The notes under the pieces: model-generated
The model's database searches: none
Told to the model about the DNA's origin: nothing
The model's input: the letters and a program-made list of their open reading frames with translations, nothing else
Assembly (NCBI GenBank): GCA_965209055.1
Contig: OZ242374.1
Location: 5,632,001 to 5,696,000 of the forward strand
Source: Acidobacteriota bacterium
GTDB taxonomy: Bacteria > Acidobacteriota > UBA6911 > RPQK01 > JAJDTT01
Length of the DNA: 64,000 nucleotides
Direction: 5' to 3'
Program-made: the position numbers and the translations under genes
Shown: one piece after another, positions 1-10,078 of the stretch
Numbering within the stretch: position 1 is the first letter of the stretch
Layout: each line of letters opens with the position of its first letter

Positions 1-1
1 G

Positions 2-109
2 CACGATCTGGACCCACTGCTGGACGATTCGCAATTCGACCCCGACGGCGACGGCCGATCCAACCTGGAGGAGTACCGGCAGAATCGGGATCCCGGGGTT
101 GCGGACTGA
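2..109 (+). CDS. 3' end of a protein with a Ca-binding TSP3-like (DxDxDG..xEEY) repeat; partial
   Basis: Frame 2 reads HDLDPLLDDSQFDPDGDGRSNLEEYRQNRDPGVAD* and is open at the window edge. Confidence 0.6.
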   Translation, partial: HDLDPLLDDSQFDPDGDGRSNLEEYRQNRDPGVAD

Positions 110-132
110 GTTGGCAAACGTGGCGTCGATAC

Positions 133-693
133 CTACGGCCGAACGTCAGTATCGGCTCTTTCCAAATACAGAGTAAATCCCGAACGGGTCTTTTCTCCGT
201 CGTCTCCGATCTGCTGGAACACGAAGCGAACCTCTTTTTCACCCGGTCGGACCGACCTGTAGGCCCGTAACGTCGCCCTCCAATTCCGCTTCTCGTACTC
301 GTACTGGGCCTGACCCGTCTCGCTGTAGTGGCGTTCCTCGTCGGTCCCGATGGGATCCGCCGTGGAGCGTAGAAAAAGAGTTCCCAGCACCGGGACGACC
401 CAGTTCCCGGTGGTCTCCTCATCGTAGGGACGCCCGGAGACGACCGCGACCGGTTGTTCCGTCTTGAGAAACACCAGAGAGGATTTTCCGTTCTCCAACC
501 GCAGTTGCAGATCGTAATGCCCTTTTTCGAGCACTGTCCCTTTCGCGGTGTAGAGATTTCCCGGGAGGTGAAGCTGGGTGACGTAGGAAGCCGCCTCCTG
601 GCCGGGCAGGATCGAGGGGAACAGGGACACCAACAGTAGCAGTACCGGAATTCCTGTCCGCATCGCGATGGAGCCGTTTCTCTCCTCCGGCAC
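133..693 (-). CDS. Hypothetical exported protein
   Basis: 186-aa ORF just downstream of the DUF1501 gene; signal-peptide-like MRTGIPVLLLLVSLFPSILPG (alternative ATG at 663). Confidence 0.7.
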   Translation of the reverse strand: MPEERNGSIAMRTGIPVLLLLVSLFPSILPGQEAASYVTQLHLPGNLYTAKGTVLEKGHYDLQLRLENGKSSLVFLKTEQPVAVVSGRPYDEETTGNWVVPVLGTLFLRSTADPIGTDEERHYSETGQAQYEYEKRNWRATLRAYRSVRPGEKEVRFVFQQIGDDGEKTRSGFTLYLERADTDVRP

Positions 694-708
694 GCCGCAC
701 CCTGGACG

Positions 709-2166
709 TCAGGCCCGGGTGAGCCGCTCGGACAGGTCGTTGTACCCGCCGACGTCGGTCAGCCGCATGTCGCGGCCCTGGGTGAGGTAGGTCAGCCTGG
801 TATGGTCCAGTCCCAGCAGCGACAGCATGGTGGCGTGCAGATCATGCACGTGGACCCGGTCCTCGATGGCCCGGCAGCCGAGCTCGTCGGTGGCGCCGAT
901 GACCTTTCCGCCCCGGATGCCGCCTCCCGCCATCCAGCAACTGAAGCCGTGGGGGTTGTGGTCCCGGCCGCCGTCGCCCTGGACCACCGGGGTCCGACCG
1001 AACTCCCCGATCCAGACCACCAGGGTGCTCTCCAGCAGTCCCCGCAGTTTGAGGTCCGTCAACAGTCCCGCGATGGGCTGGTCGATGGCGACGGCGTTGT
1101 CCACGTGGTTCTGGTCGCATTGTGCGTGCCCGTCCCAGTTCCCCTTGTAGAGCTGGACGAATCGAACTCCCCGCTCCACCATGCGCCGCGCCAGCAGGCA
1201 GACCCGGCCGAACCTGGCGGTCCGTTCCTGGTCCAGGCCGTACATTCTCCGGACCGATTCGGGCTCGCCGGCAAGGTCGGTCAGTTCCGGCGCCGCCGCC
1301 TGCATGCGGAAGGCCAGCTCGTAGTTGGCGATGCGGGCGGCCAGACGGCTGTCGTCCCGCCGCGTTTCGAAGTGCCGGCGGTTCCACGACTGGAGCTGCT
1401 CCAGCATCCGGCTCTGGGCGCCGTGGGTGATGTCAGACGGCGGATCCAGGTTCTCGAACGCCGTGCCCTCGTGCCGGGCGCGAGTGGCTTGGTACACGGC
1501 GGGGAGGAACCCCGAACCGTGCAGGGACTCGTCGCTTGCGGTCACGTTCCCCTCGGACATGGCGACGAAACCGGGGAAGTTCTCACTCTCGCTTCCCAGG
1601 CCGTAGACGATCCAGGAACCGAGGGTCGGATGGCCCAGGCGCACCGAACCGCTGAAGAGCAGATTGATGGCGGGCCCGTGGATGAGGGAGTCGTGATAGC
1701 AGGAGCGGATGACCGCCAGGTCATCGGCGCATCGGCCCAGATTCTCGAAGAGATCAGAGATTTCGATGCCCGACTCCCCGTACCTGGTGAACTTGCGGGG
1801 GGAGGCCATCAACTTCGCTTCATGGGCCTTGACAAACTGCAGGCTCAAGTCCTCGGGACGGAAGCTGGGCGGCAGCAGCTGGCCGTCGAGACCGGTCAGC
1901 GCCGGCTTGGGATCGAACGTGTCGATATGGGAGGGGCCCCCCTTCATGAACATGAAGATGACGTTTCTGGCCTTGCCCGGGAAGTGGGGCTTGGTGGGTG
2001 CCAGCGGGTTGTCGATGCCTCCGGCCTGCCGGGCGGCGGCGAACGCGGCCTCCTCCTCGCCCAGACACCCCAGGGCCACGGCTCCAAAGCCGAAACCGGA
2101 CCGGGCCAGGAACTCCCGCCGGGAATGGACCGGTTCGTTCAGGTTACAGAACTGGAAATTTAACAT
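709..2166 (-). CDS. DUF1501 family protein (Tat-exported, sulfatase-like)
   Basis: SRREFL twin-arginine motif; GGPSHIDTFDPKP, LLARRMVERGVRFVQ, GEFGRTP and GRDHNP family motifs. Confidence 0.9.
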   Translation of the reverse strand: MLNFQFCNLNEPVHSRREFLARSGFGFGAVALGCLGEEEAAFAAARQAGGIDNPLAPTKPHFPGKARNVIFMFMKGGPSHIDTFDPKPALTGLDGQLLPPSFRPEDLSLQFVKAHEAKLMASPRKFTRYGESGIEISDLFENLGRCADDLAVIRSCYHDSLIHGPAINLLFSGSVRLGHPTLGSWIVYGLGSESENFPGFVAMSEGNVTASDESLHGSGFLPAVYQATRARHEGTAFENLDPPSDITHGAQSRMLEQLQSWNRRHFETRRDDSRLAARIANYELAFRMQAAAPELTDLAGEPESVRRMYGLDQERTARFGRVCLLARRMVERGVRFVQLYKGNWDGHAQCDQNHVDNAVAIDQPIAGLLTDLKLRGLLESTLVVWIGEFGRTPVVQGDGGRDHNPHGFSCWMAGGGIRGGKVIGATDELGCRAIEDRVHVHDLHATMLSLLGLDHTRLTYLTQGRDMRLTDVGGYNDLSERLTRA

Positions 2167-2214
2167 GACGATACGTCAATAAATAAAGAATGGATCACTA
2201 TTTTGTGCGATCTA

Positions 2215-4899
2215 TTAATCAATATATACGAATTCGTTCAAATTGAACATGGTCAGACACAGTTGCGTCAACGCCGCGGCCCGGGCCCGGCCGATGGACG
2301 AGAGTTCGTCCGGGACCTCCATTTCGTTCTTCGCCGCGGACTCCTCCCCGGACAGCGCATCCAGCAGGTCGAGGGCTTCACGCTTTTCCTTCGCCGAAGG
2401 GGGACGGCTCAACGTGATTCGCCAGGCGTTCTCCACCCAGGCGGACGGATCGTCCCCGTGGCCGGTCACCAGACGCCCGGCCAGTTTTCGCGCCTGCTGC
2501 AGGCCGGTCCTGTGGTTGAGAAACCAGAGGGCCTGGGGCGCCACCGTAGTCACCTGGCGGCGGGGACAACTGAGAGAGGAGTCGGGCCGGTCGAAGGTCC
2601 GGAACATGGGAAACGTGAAGCTTCTGCGCGACAGGATGTAGATCCCCCGGCGGGTGTGCTCCGCCGGGTCGGCAGACACCGGCCAGAGGAATGGCGCCGG
2701 CAACACGTCCAGCTCCTCTGCGGTCAAGGGGGGAACGGCCGGGCGCCCGCCCATTTTCAGGTTCAGCGTCCCCGCCACCGAGTGCAGGGTGTCCCACATG
2801 ACTTCCGCCTCCAGCCGGCGGCGGTTCATACGCCAGAGCGTGCGGTTGCCGGGGTCCAGTTCGCCGTTTCGCGGGTTGGAGTAGCGGCTGGCCATCCGGT
2901 AGGTGCTTGAGGACATGATCAACCGGTGCATCGACTTGATGTCCCAGCCCCGTGCCACGAACTCCAGGGCCAGCCAGTCCAGCAGTTCCGGATGCGTGGG
3001 AGGGTCCCCCTGGGCGCCGTAGTCGTTGGATGTGCGGACGATTCCCTGCCCGAAGTGCCATTGCCAGAGACGGTTGACCATCACCCGGGCCGTGAGGGGA
3101 TGATCGGGACGGCTCAGCCAGAGGGCCAGTTGCCGTCGCGTCCGCAAAGCGGCATTTCCGGTGGCTGCCGGATCCCATCCGTCCCATTCCCCCAGGTAGT
3201 CGAAAACCGCCGGGACGCCGGGAGGCACCCGTTCCAGCCGCCGGCCCAGCTCGCCCCGGTCCAGGACATGCACTTCGGGGATCAGCTCCGGTTCCCGGTG
3301 GCCGAGCACGGAAGCCTTGGGCACGTCGTAGAGACCGTCGAAGTTCACCAAGTGCGAAGCGTCCACTTCGGGCAGCAACACCACCAGCCTGCCGATTTCT
3401 TCCAGGAGCCGCCGCTTCTCCTCCTTCTCTTCGGGGGCCATCCGATCTTCCCAATCCCGGCCCAGGGCTTTCAGCGCCTCGGCCAACGGCGCGGCGAGCT
3501 TTGCCTGCCGGGGAGTCTTCTTCTCGTCCGGGACCTCGTGGGCCGACACCACCTCCGGCGGGAACTCCGACTTGGCGGCCGCGATCATCCGATTCCTGAC
3601 GCCGTCCAGGTAGAGCTTGTAGGTCCTCCGGGCTTCGTCCACGGCGATCATCCGGGGATAGGTCTCGTTCCGGTGGAACCTGGACATCCGGGTTACGACC
3701 GGAATCTCCACCGCATCGCTGGGGGCAAAGATGGCCTGCAGCCGGAAGTAGTCCCGCTGCGAGACGGGATCGAACTTGTGGTCGTGGCACCGGGCGCAGG
3801 CCAAGGTCAGTCCCATGAAGACCGCGCCCGTGGTGTCGACCCAGTCGGTCATCCTCTCGTAGGCGAGCTTTGGGGCGTCGAGCAGGGACTCGACGATCTC
3901 CGGGCCGAAGGTGTAGAGGCCGGTGCCGATCCGGGCTTCCAGATGCTCCAGCTTCTCGGGGGTGATGCCGTAGTAGTGGCCGTGGAGTTCCAGATCGTCG
4001 GGCCACAGCTCGTCCCCGGCGATCTGCTCCTGGAGAAACCGGTCGTAGGGCTTGTTCTCGTTCAACGACTTGATGACGTAGTCGCGGTAACGCCAGGAGT
4101 TGGGAAAGTACTCGTCGGTCTCGTAGCCGCCGCTGTCGGCATAGCGCACCAGGTCCAGCCAGTGCCTGGCCCAGCGCTCGCCGTAGCGGGGAGAGGCCAG
4201 CAGGTCGCGGATGAGCTTGTCGTAGGCGTTGGGAGACGAGTCCCCGAGGAAGCGTTCCACCTGCTCGGGAGAGGGCGGCAGGCCGGTGAGGTCGAATGAG
4301 GCTCTGCGGATCAGCGTCCGCTTGTCCGCCTCCGGAGCCGGTTCCAATCCCCGGCTCTCCAGCTTCTCCAGGATGAAAGCGTCGATGGGATTCCTCACGC
4401 GGTCCCGGTTTTCAACCGCGGGGACAGCGGGCCGCCGGGGTCGCCGGAGCGACCACCAGGTTGGCTCGGACGGAGCGACGGTTGCGGCCGTCGAGTCCCA
4501 GGGAGCGCCTCCGTCGATCCAGTCCCGTAAGGCGTCCAGGTCACTGGAGGGAAGCGGTGGCTTCCCCGGGGGCATTTTCAACTCACCGGCGTGAGAGGCC
4601 GCCAGGAAGAGAAGGCTCTCTTCCGCATTGCCAGGGACCACAGCCGGCCCCTTCCCGCCCCCCTTCAGCATCCCCTCCCGATGCCGCAGGTCCAATCCGG
4701 ACATCCTCTGTTCCCCATGGCAGGAAACACAGTTGCGCTGCAGGATTGTCCTCGCGGTTTCCTGGAGCGGGAAGGTCGACTGGGCGAAAGCGGCGGCCAA
4801 CGCCAGGAACAGGATAGAAATCGATGCTGTTGCGCTCGGAAACACTCTGGAAGGGATTCCTGGGCTACTGGTCATGGAATCGCGATGCCAGCGTAACAT
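2215..4899 (-). CDS. Planctomycete cytochrome c / DUF1549 / DUF1553 protein
   Basis: CVSCH and CARCHDHKFDP haem-type motifs; YGERWARHWLDLVRYADS, HPLTARVMVNRLWQWHFG, PTHPELLDWLA, RRLEAE. Confidence 0.9.
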   Translation of the reverse strand: MLRWHRDSMTSSPGIPSRVFPSATASISILFLALAAAFAQSTFPLQETARTILQRNCVSCHGEQRMSGLDLRHREGMLKGGGKGPAVVPGNAEESLLFLAASHAGELKMPPGKPPLPSSDLDALRDWIDGGAPWDSTAATVAPSEPTWWSLRRPRRPAVPAVENRDRVRNPIDAFILEKLESRGLEPAPEADKRTLIRRASFDLTGLPPSPEQVERFLGDSSPNAYDKLIRDLLASPRYGERWARHWLDLVRYADSGGYETDEYFPNSWRYRDYVIKSLNENKPYDRFLQEQIAGDELWPDDLELHGHYYGITPEKLEHLEARIGTGLYTFGPEIVESLLDAPKLAYERMTDWVDTTGAVFMGLTLACARCHDHKFDPVSQRDYFRLQAIFAPSDAVEIPVVTRMSRFHRNETYPRMIAVDEARRTYKLYLDGVRNRMIAAAKSEFPPEVVSAHEVPDEKKTPRQAKLAAPLAEALKALGRDWEDRMAPEEKEEKRRLLEEIGRLVVLLPEVDASHLVNFDGLYDVPKASVLGHREPELIPEVHVLDRGELGRRLERVPPGVPAVFDYLGEWDGWDPAATGNAALRTRRQLALWLSRPDHPLTARVMVNRLWQWHFGQGIVRTSNDYGAQGDPPTHPELLDWLALEFVARGWDIKSMHRLIMSSSTYRMASRYSNPRNGELDPGNRTLWRMNRRRLEAEVMWDTLHSVAGTLNLKMGGRPAVPPLTAEELDVLPAPFLWPVSADPAEHTRRGIYILSRRSFTFPMFRTFDRPDSSLSCPRRQVTTVAPQALWFLNHRTGLQQARKLAGRLVTGHGDDPSAWVENAWRITLSRPPSAKEKREALDLLDALSGEESAAKNEMEVPDELSSIGRARAAALTQLCLTMFNLNEFVYID

Positions 4900-5007
4900 C
4901 CTCGCTTTTCGGCGACCACACCTGTCGGTGGTCGCGTCACCAGCCCGAGTCCGGCCTCGCCGGATGCCAGGTCTCTTCGCGTCATGTCGCGCCGGCGTCG
5001 AGTGGGG

Positions 5008-6276
5008 CTACGAGCCATTCAAGATACACAACGCCTCCCGGACACTATGCTTGGGACGGGCGACGTTGAACGGAAGGCAGATCAACTTGAGGCCGTCAAA
5101 GAAATGACCGGTTAATTCGGCCGTAAAGTTGGGAGAGCGGGGATAGACCAGGGCCACCGTCTTGCAGCCATAGCGTTTCCCATAAGCGTAGAGCTGATAC
5201 AGGTCCCCTCGATCGACGTGGTGTCTTGCAATATCGCTCCTTGACTCGACGGTTTTCCACTTGGCATCAAGGATGAACGATCCGCCATTGCCTTCTTTCC
5301 ACAGAGAAATGTCCGGTCGCGTTCGGAACGGTCCCCGGCCGTCGAGTTCCACGAAGTTCTTCCTGGGACCCTGAGCGGTCACCGTAAATTGGTCTTGGTG
5401 GCGCCGAAAGCTGTGCGTGACGAAGTCCTCGTAGATCTCCTCCATGGGAAACAATAGCGATTGATTCACATGACTGCCGGACCAAGTCGCCAGTCCCCGG
5501 TTGAACAGGAACAGCCCGACCCAACGCATGACCGGTTTGTAGTGCTGCATGGAGCGGTCCACGCTGTGTTTGCGCCAATCGCCGTGTAGGTCTCTCGCTG
5601 GCGGCACCTCGATGAAGGCCGTTTGCATGTTCCGGATTAGTTGCCGGTTCCCCTCGTTTCGCACGACAAGCTTGAGCTTGGAAAGCGTGCTCTGAATGAG
5701 TCGATTGGCCGGGCGATTGACGCTGAGTTCATCGTGCTGCACGAAAAACCGCGATTGGTTGATCAGGTTCTCCCGCAGTTGATCCCGGAAAAGGATGCGG
5801 CCACGCAGATACGGCAAGTTTTCCTCTACGCGCACATACTTTCGGCTGAGGCCGCCGCGAACCAGCAACCCCAGATGGTCGAGGAAGAGGCGCACGAATA
5901 CCTCCAGCATGGGAAACCGGTGCATGTCGCGGATGGCGCTGGCGGAGAACCGCGCTGCCGTCTGCAACCGCCGATACCAACGCAGCATTTTCAGGAAGAT
6001 GCGCCGGGTCTCCTCATGGTCGGGCTCCGCCGTTCCGCCGAGGTCGATCTTGGGGAGGATCTCCACAACATTTCGGGCCCTTGTGGTTATGATTCCGACG
6101 AAGTTGCCGGCGCACAGACCGCCGTTTCGGTCGAACTGAAGAACGGGGCGGTAGTTGTTTTGTCGATCGTACTGATTAGACCGAGCGAAGGCTGTGAGGT
6201 CCGTCAGGTCGCGTTCGCTGAGCCGGCTATTCGTGCGAAACGATTCATGTTCCTTGATCGAATAGACACCGGACAT
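5008..6276 (-). CDS. mcrC: McrC-like restriction endonuclease subunit
   Basis: VEILPK, LLFPMEEIYEDFV and PD-(D/E)xK core RPDISL...ILDAKWK...DLYQLYAY; start overlaps the mcrB stop. Confidence 0.9.
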   Translation of the reverse strand: MSGVYSIKEHESFRTNSRLSERDLTDLTAFARSNQYDRQNNYRPVLQFDRNGGLCAGNFVGIITTRARNVVEILPKIDLGGTAEPDHEETRRIFLKMLRWYRRLQTAARFSASAIRDMHRFPMLEVFVRLFLDHLGLLVRGGLSRKYVRVEENLPYLRGRILFRDQLRENLINQSRFFVQHDELSVNRPANRLIQSTLSKLKLVVRNEGNRQLIRNMQTAFIEVPPARDLHGDWRKHSVDRSMQHYKPVMRWVGLFLFNRGLATWSGSHVNQSLLFPMEEIYEDFVTHSFRRHQDQFTVTAQGPRKNFVELDGRGPFRTRPDISLWKEGNGGSFILDAKWKTVESRSDIARHHVDRGDLYQLYAYGKRYGCKTVALVYPRSPNFTAELTGHFFDGLKLICLPFNVARPKHSVREALCILNGS

Positions 6277-8408
6277 CAGGACGACTCATATCTTCTGTCG
6301 TCCGAGTAAATTTTCTTGTATTCCTTGGCGTCACGCCACTTTGCGTCGTCTCCCGGCAGCCGCTTGTAGACGACTGGATCTTCATCCACGAGATCCGTAT
6401 TTCGGAATTGCGCAGCATAGTCCAGCCTCTGCTCAGCGACGAATCCGGCACCACCGAGGACGTAGCTGATCTTGGGCCAGTCGTCGTAGAAGTATTCCTG
6501 CAGGAGAGGGACGATCGCGTTTCGGAATTTGTCGGAAAGCGTCTTGAGGTCGTTGACGTTGATCAGATAAGTGTGACCGATCTGATGATCGCGATCCAAC
6601 AGCAACGAGATTCGTTCGTTCATCGCCTTGAGCATCTCTTGAGCGTCGACTCCCTCAACATTCCTGGATATGAGTTCGTGCTCCGGATCAGGCATCATTT
6701 CGACAAAGTCAAACCGGCGCCTCAATGCCGTGTCGAGCAGCAGGATGGAGCGATCTGCAGTATTCATCGTGCCGATGATGTAAAGGTTGCCCGGCACTCC
6801 GAACGTCTTGTTGGAATACGGCAGGGTCACCCTCATCTCATCCGGCTCGCCAAAACGCTTGGAGTCCTCGATCAGCGTAATGAGTTCCCCGAATATTTTG
6901 GGTATGTTCCCCCGGTTGATCTCGTCGATGATCAGAACGAAACGCTGCTCCTCTTCCGCGCTTGCGCTTGCCGCGTGGGCGATTTGCTTGAAAATGCCAG
7001 GACGGATTTCATATCTGATCCGCTGATCGTCCTTCAATCTCGGCCGGATACCCTCGACGAAGTCCTCATACGAGAAGCTCTGGTGAAACGTCACCATCGC
7101 AATCTGGCCGTGCCACTCCTCGGCGTTCTCGAATCTGAATAGGAGGTCATGCAACCGAGCGCGGTCCTCATCACCGACTTCTTTTACATCAACGCCATCC
7201 ACGATGGCCATGGCATAGTTCACGGCGTGCCAGGTCTTTCCGGTTCCTGGCGGGCCGTACAGTATCTGGTTAAGAGGATGTTTAACAGATTCGATCGATG
7301 GTCCGTTTGGCGGGTCCGGCTTGTCGCGACCAAGCTGCGAGATTAGCCCAGACGTACGTGAGTAAACTCCCACTGACATAAACGCCTGCTGAGTAGGCTT
7401 CCAAGCTCGTGAAAAACCTCGTAGACGGAAGTTAATCACCGATTCAGCGGACTTTTTGTTCAACCACAGTACATGAAGCCTGCTGTTTTCGGTCATGACA
7501 TCATCCTCTGAGTAGTCGTTCTCATAGACAATGCCTATGCCACGTCCTTCTTGTTTGTATCGGACGAGCACAATGTCCCCACGGATTGGATCCTTAAGGG
7601 GGTATCCACCGACGGGCACTACAGAAGCTGGATATGGCGTCCCGCTCTTTGGGCCCCCGGTGTAGACCCAATTATTCTTGTCGAAGTCATCCCAATGATC
7701 CTCGTCGTCGTCATAGACGTTGGTGCTGACCTGATAGTACGTACCTCGATTAATGGGCATCTCTTCGTTGTTCCACAGATAAGAGAAATGCTGTATTTCG
7801 TAACATGCGCATCCAGGAAATGTCTCCTTGATCAGCTCCATCTCCTGGCGATACTCATCCCATCTGATCTCGGGCGGTGGTTTTTTGTAACTGCCAATTT
7901 CAAGAGCCAGAGTGCCATGGTCATCGAAGGGGAGGAACTTTGATGGATCAATCAGAAAAAGGGCTTGCGTTAGTTTTGATACACCCACACCTGGTATTGT
8001 TAACACGGTTTCAAAAGTATCACTTTGTACCGAGTCGGCTACTGCTTGTCCGAACAATTCCCAAAGTAGACTTGGATTACCACCGATGGGATTGTAGAAT
8101 AAAGCGATCACCGCAGGTGGAGTAGGATAGTAGAACCCTTCATGCCGATATTCTATCCGTGTTCGTATGTCAAACACATCGGCAACTCTTCGATAGATAG
8201 TTTGCCAATTGTTTTGTGTATTCAATGCGGCAAGGTAGTAGATGAAGGAAAACGGATCAATGTCTTCATCCTCGAGTTTGAGCAATGCAGGATCCTTTGG
8301 TTTCCAGTCTATTCTTCTCACGTTCTCGGCCAGAATTTGGCGGCCTCCCTCGTTGATCTTGTTTGCGAGTTGTTGAAACCAGGGAACCCAGTCAAAGATT
8401 TCCTTCAT
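6276..8408 (-). CDS. mcrB: McrB-like AAA+ GTPase (type IV restriction)
   Basis: GPPGTGKT, VTFHQSFSYEDFVEG, IIDEINRGN, GTMNTADRS (McrB NxxD signature), ALRRRF; long variable N-terminus. Confidence 0.9.
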   Translation of the reverse strand: MKEIFDWVPWFQQLANKINEGGRQILAENVRRIDWKPKDPALLKLEDEDIDPFSFIYYLAALNTQNNWQTIYRRVADVFDIRTRIEYRHEGFYYPTPPAVIALFYNPIGGNPSLLWELFGQAVADSVQSDTFETVLTIPGVGVSKLTQALFLIDPSKFLPFDDHGTLALEIGSYKKPPPEIRWDEYRQEMELIKETFPGCACYEIQHFSYLWNNEEMPINRGTYYQVSTNVYDDDEDHWDDFDKNNWVYTGGPKSGTPYPASVVPVGGYPLKDPIRGDIVLVRYKQEGRGIGIVYENDYSEDDVMTENSRLHVLWLNKKSAESVINFRLRGFSRAWKPTQQAFMSVGVYSRTSGLISQLGRDKPDPPNGPSIESVKHPLNQILYGPPGTGKTWHAVNYAMAIVDGVDVKEVGDEDRARLHDLLFRFENAEEWHGQIAMVTFHQSFSYEDFVEGIRPRLKDDQRIRYEIRPGIFKQIAHAASASAEEEQRFVLIIDEINRGNIPKIFGELITLIEDSKRFGEPDEMRVTLPYSNKTFGVPGNLYIIGTMNTADRSILLLDTALRRRFDFVEMMPDPEHELISRNVEGVDAQEMLKAMNERISLLLDRDHQIGHTYLINVNDLKTLSDKFRNAIVPLLQEYFYDDWPKISYVLGGAGFVAEQRLDYAAQFRNTDLVDEDPVVYKRLPGDDAKWRDAKEYKKIYSDDRRYESS

Positions 8409-8466
8409 ATTGTTGCTCCCGCGTGGAATTGGTCATGTGACAACTCCCAACACAATGACAAGGATT

Positions 8467-8598
8467 TCAACGGTCTTGAGTATCCCGGAGTATCCATGCC
8501 AAAGGAGAGACTTTCGAAACGCTTCGTACCGGTTCCGGGATCGGCTCGTGGCCTCGTATAAGTTGAGAGTAGGTACTGCAATCCAAGAGATTTCTCAT
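8467..8598 (-). pseudogene. Truncated, degenerate VapC (PIN) toxin
   Basis: ATGA overlap with the antitoxin stop; reads MRNLLDCSTYSQLIRGHEPIPEPVRSVSKV..., like a PIN N-terminus (xxLLDxxxY..L.RG); stops after 43 aa. Confidence 0.55.
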
Positions 8599-8858
8599 TT
8601 CCATTTCACTATATTACCCATTTCGAGCCCCTCAAGCGCCGCGTCGAACTCGTCAGCTTGCCCCCGCGTCCATGCCCCGATGAGATGGTCCAGAGAAGAA
8701 CCGACCTTATTGGCGCCTTCCGATGCTTCCTCGAACTCGACACCCTTTCGGAGGATCTTCAACACAGTCTGATTCAGAGAGGTTCCCTCATGTCTTGCCA
8801 AGCTTTGTATCCTGTCCGCCAAGTCGTCTCCGAGTCCCCTGACCGTGAGTAGATTCAT
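8595..8858 (-). CDS. Ribbon-helix-helix (FitA/VapB-like) antitoxin
   Basis: MNLLTVRGLGDDLADRIQSLARHEGTSLNQTVLKILRKG; RBS GGAGG upstream. Confidence 0.75.
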   Translation of the reverse strand: MNLLTVRGLGDDLADRIQSLARHEGTSLNQTVLKILRKGVEFEEASEGANKVGSSLDHLIGAWTRGQADEFDAALEGLEMGNIVKWK

Positions 8859-9413
8859 ACGACGTCACCTCCTGCGACTCCTATCCTGAGCCAGCATGCT
8901 TCAGAATATCGCCTACTTTTGATCGGTCAAGGCGAGGTCAGTCCTGGAACTTCCCCGAAATCCGTAGAGCCAGGGGAACAGGCGGAGGGAGTTGGACGAG
9001 GGAAGGGCGGATTATTGCCTTCGACCGCGCCCACGGCCTCGGCACTACCGGTCACATAGGTTTAGATGCTCCATAGCCCTGCCCACACGCGCCGCTAACA
9101 ACGCGTCGCTCACACCGTCGCGAGTGTCGACGCATGGCTCGCGGAGAAACGTGGGTGGTTAGTCCTTCGTTTCAGCGGACCTTCACCGCTTGTCCTGTGC
9201 CAGTGACTTTGGCGCTCGGGTGCCCCTACTACAAAATTCTTCGTCCATTTGCACAAGATCTTGGGAGTAAGGAACTACGAGGTCCGCCGAGACCGTTTCG
9301 AGTCGCCCGTCGAGGTCCAAGTCCACCCGTATCTAAGGGGGGAGTGGGCACGCGAGTTTGTCGCACACTCTGGATTCGGAGGCTGGAAAAACCCGCGGCC
9401 ATCTCGATTGAAC

Positions 9414-9806
9414 TTATGACAATGACCTGCCATTGACGGCCCGGAGTGCCTGATCGTAGGTCATGACCTCGCTGACGCCACGCCGGCGACAACTGGCAAG
9501 GTGGCAGAGGTCCCGGGCTCCCAGCATGGGATATTGCTCATGGAGCTGCCGAGCCAACGTGACATCCTCCTCCTCCAGTGACCACACCTGCACCCGGGCT
9601 CGGGCCACCAGCTCCATCGCCGCATCGAGGGCCTCCACTCTCGCGACCGGAAGGTACGCATGGACCAACTCTTGCAAGACCTCCGCCGACGTACACAGTG
9701 GCGTCCGATTCCCGTTACACAGGAGGAAGAACTCTCGGGCCGCGGTCCGAAGTGGATGCGGCCGGCCTACCGCATACATGAAGACGTTAGTGTCGATGAA
9801 GATCAT
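9414..9806 (-). CDS. vapC: VapC PIN-domain toxin
   Basis: MIFIDTNVFMY, EVLQE, ARDLCHLA and TYD acidic PIN residues. Confidence 0.9.
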   Translation of the reverse strand: MIFIDTNVFMYAVGRPHPLRTAAREFFLLCNGNRTPLCTSAEVLQELVHAYLPVARVEALDAAMELVARARVQVWSLEEEDVTLARQLHEQYPMLGARDLCHLASCRRRGVSEVMTYDQALRAVNGRSLS

Positions 9807-10078
9807 GTGGTGCCGTTACCGCCTCTCCGCGATTCGTTGATGACCTCCAGATGCTCCTCCCAATCCGGTTCCACCTTGGGTCCTTCCAATGTGTCGCACC
9901 CCCGGAAGAAACGTTGCAGGTCCTCTGGCGACTCGAAGGGGACGGAACGCTGCTTGTCCGCGAGCCGCTGGTGCGCCGCGGCTCTCAGCCAAGCGCTCAG
10001 CGACATGCCTTCGATTCGCGCCTGATGGACGAACCGGTCGCGGTCTTCATCGGGAATCAGGAGTTGAACTCTGGCCAT
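9803..10078 (-). CDS. VapB-like RHH antitoxin
   Basis: 91 aa; MARVQLLIPDEDRDRFVHQARIEGMSLSAWLR; 4-bp overlap with vapC. Confidence 0.8.
   Translation of the reverse strand: MARVQLLIPDEDRDRFVHQARIEGMSLSAWLRAAAHQRLADKQRSVPFESPEDLQRFFRGCDTLEGPKVEPDWEEHLEVINESRRGGNGTT

Noticed and set aside
802-4299. Long antisense and alternative-frame ORFs here and throughout (e.g. 27611-29074, 55870-57996)
   Set aside because: Shadow ORFs expected in high-GC DNA opposite well-supported genes; no motifs.
9090-9165. CTAAC ... GTTAG resembling an integron attC site
   Set aside because: Ends do not fit RYYYAAC/GTTRRRY, the arms are not complementary, there is no second copy and no integrase.
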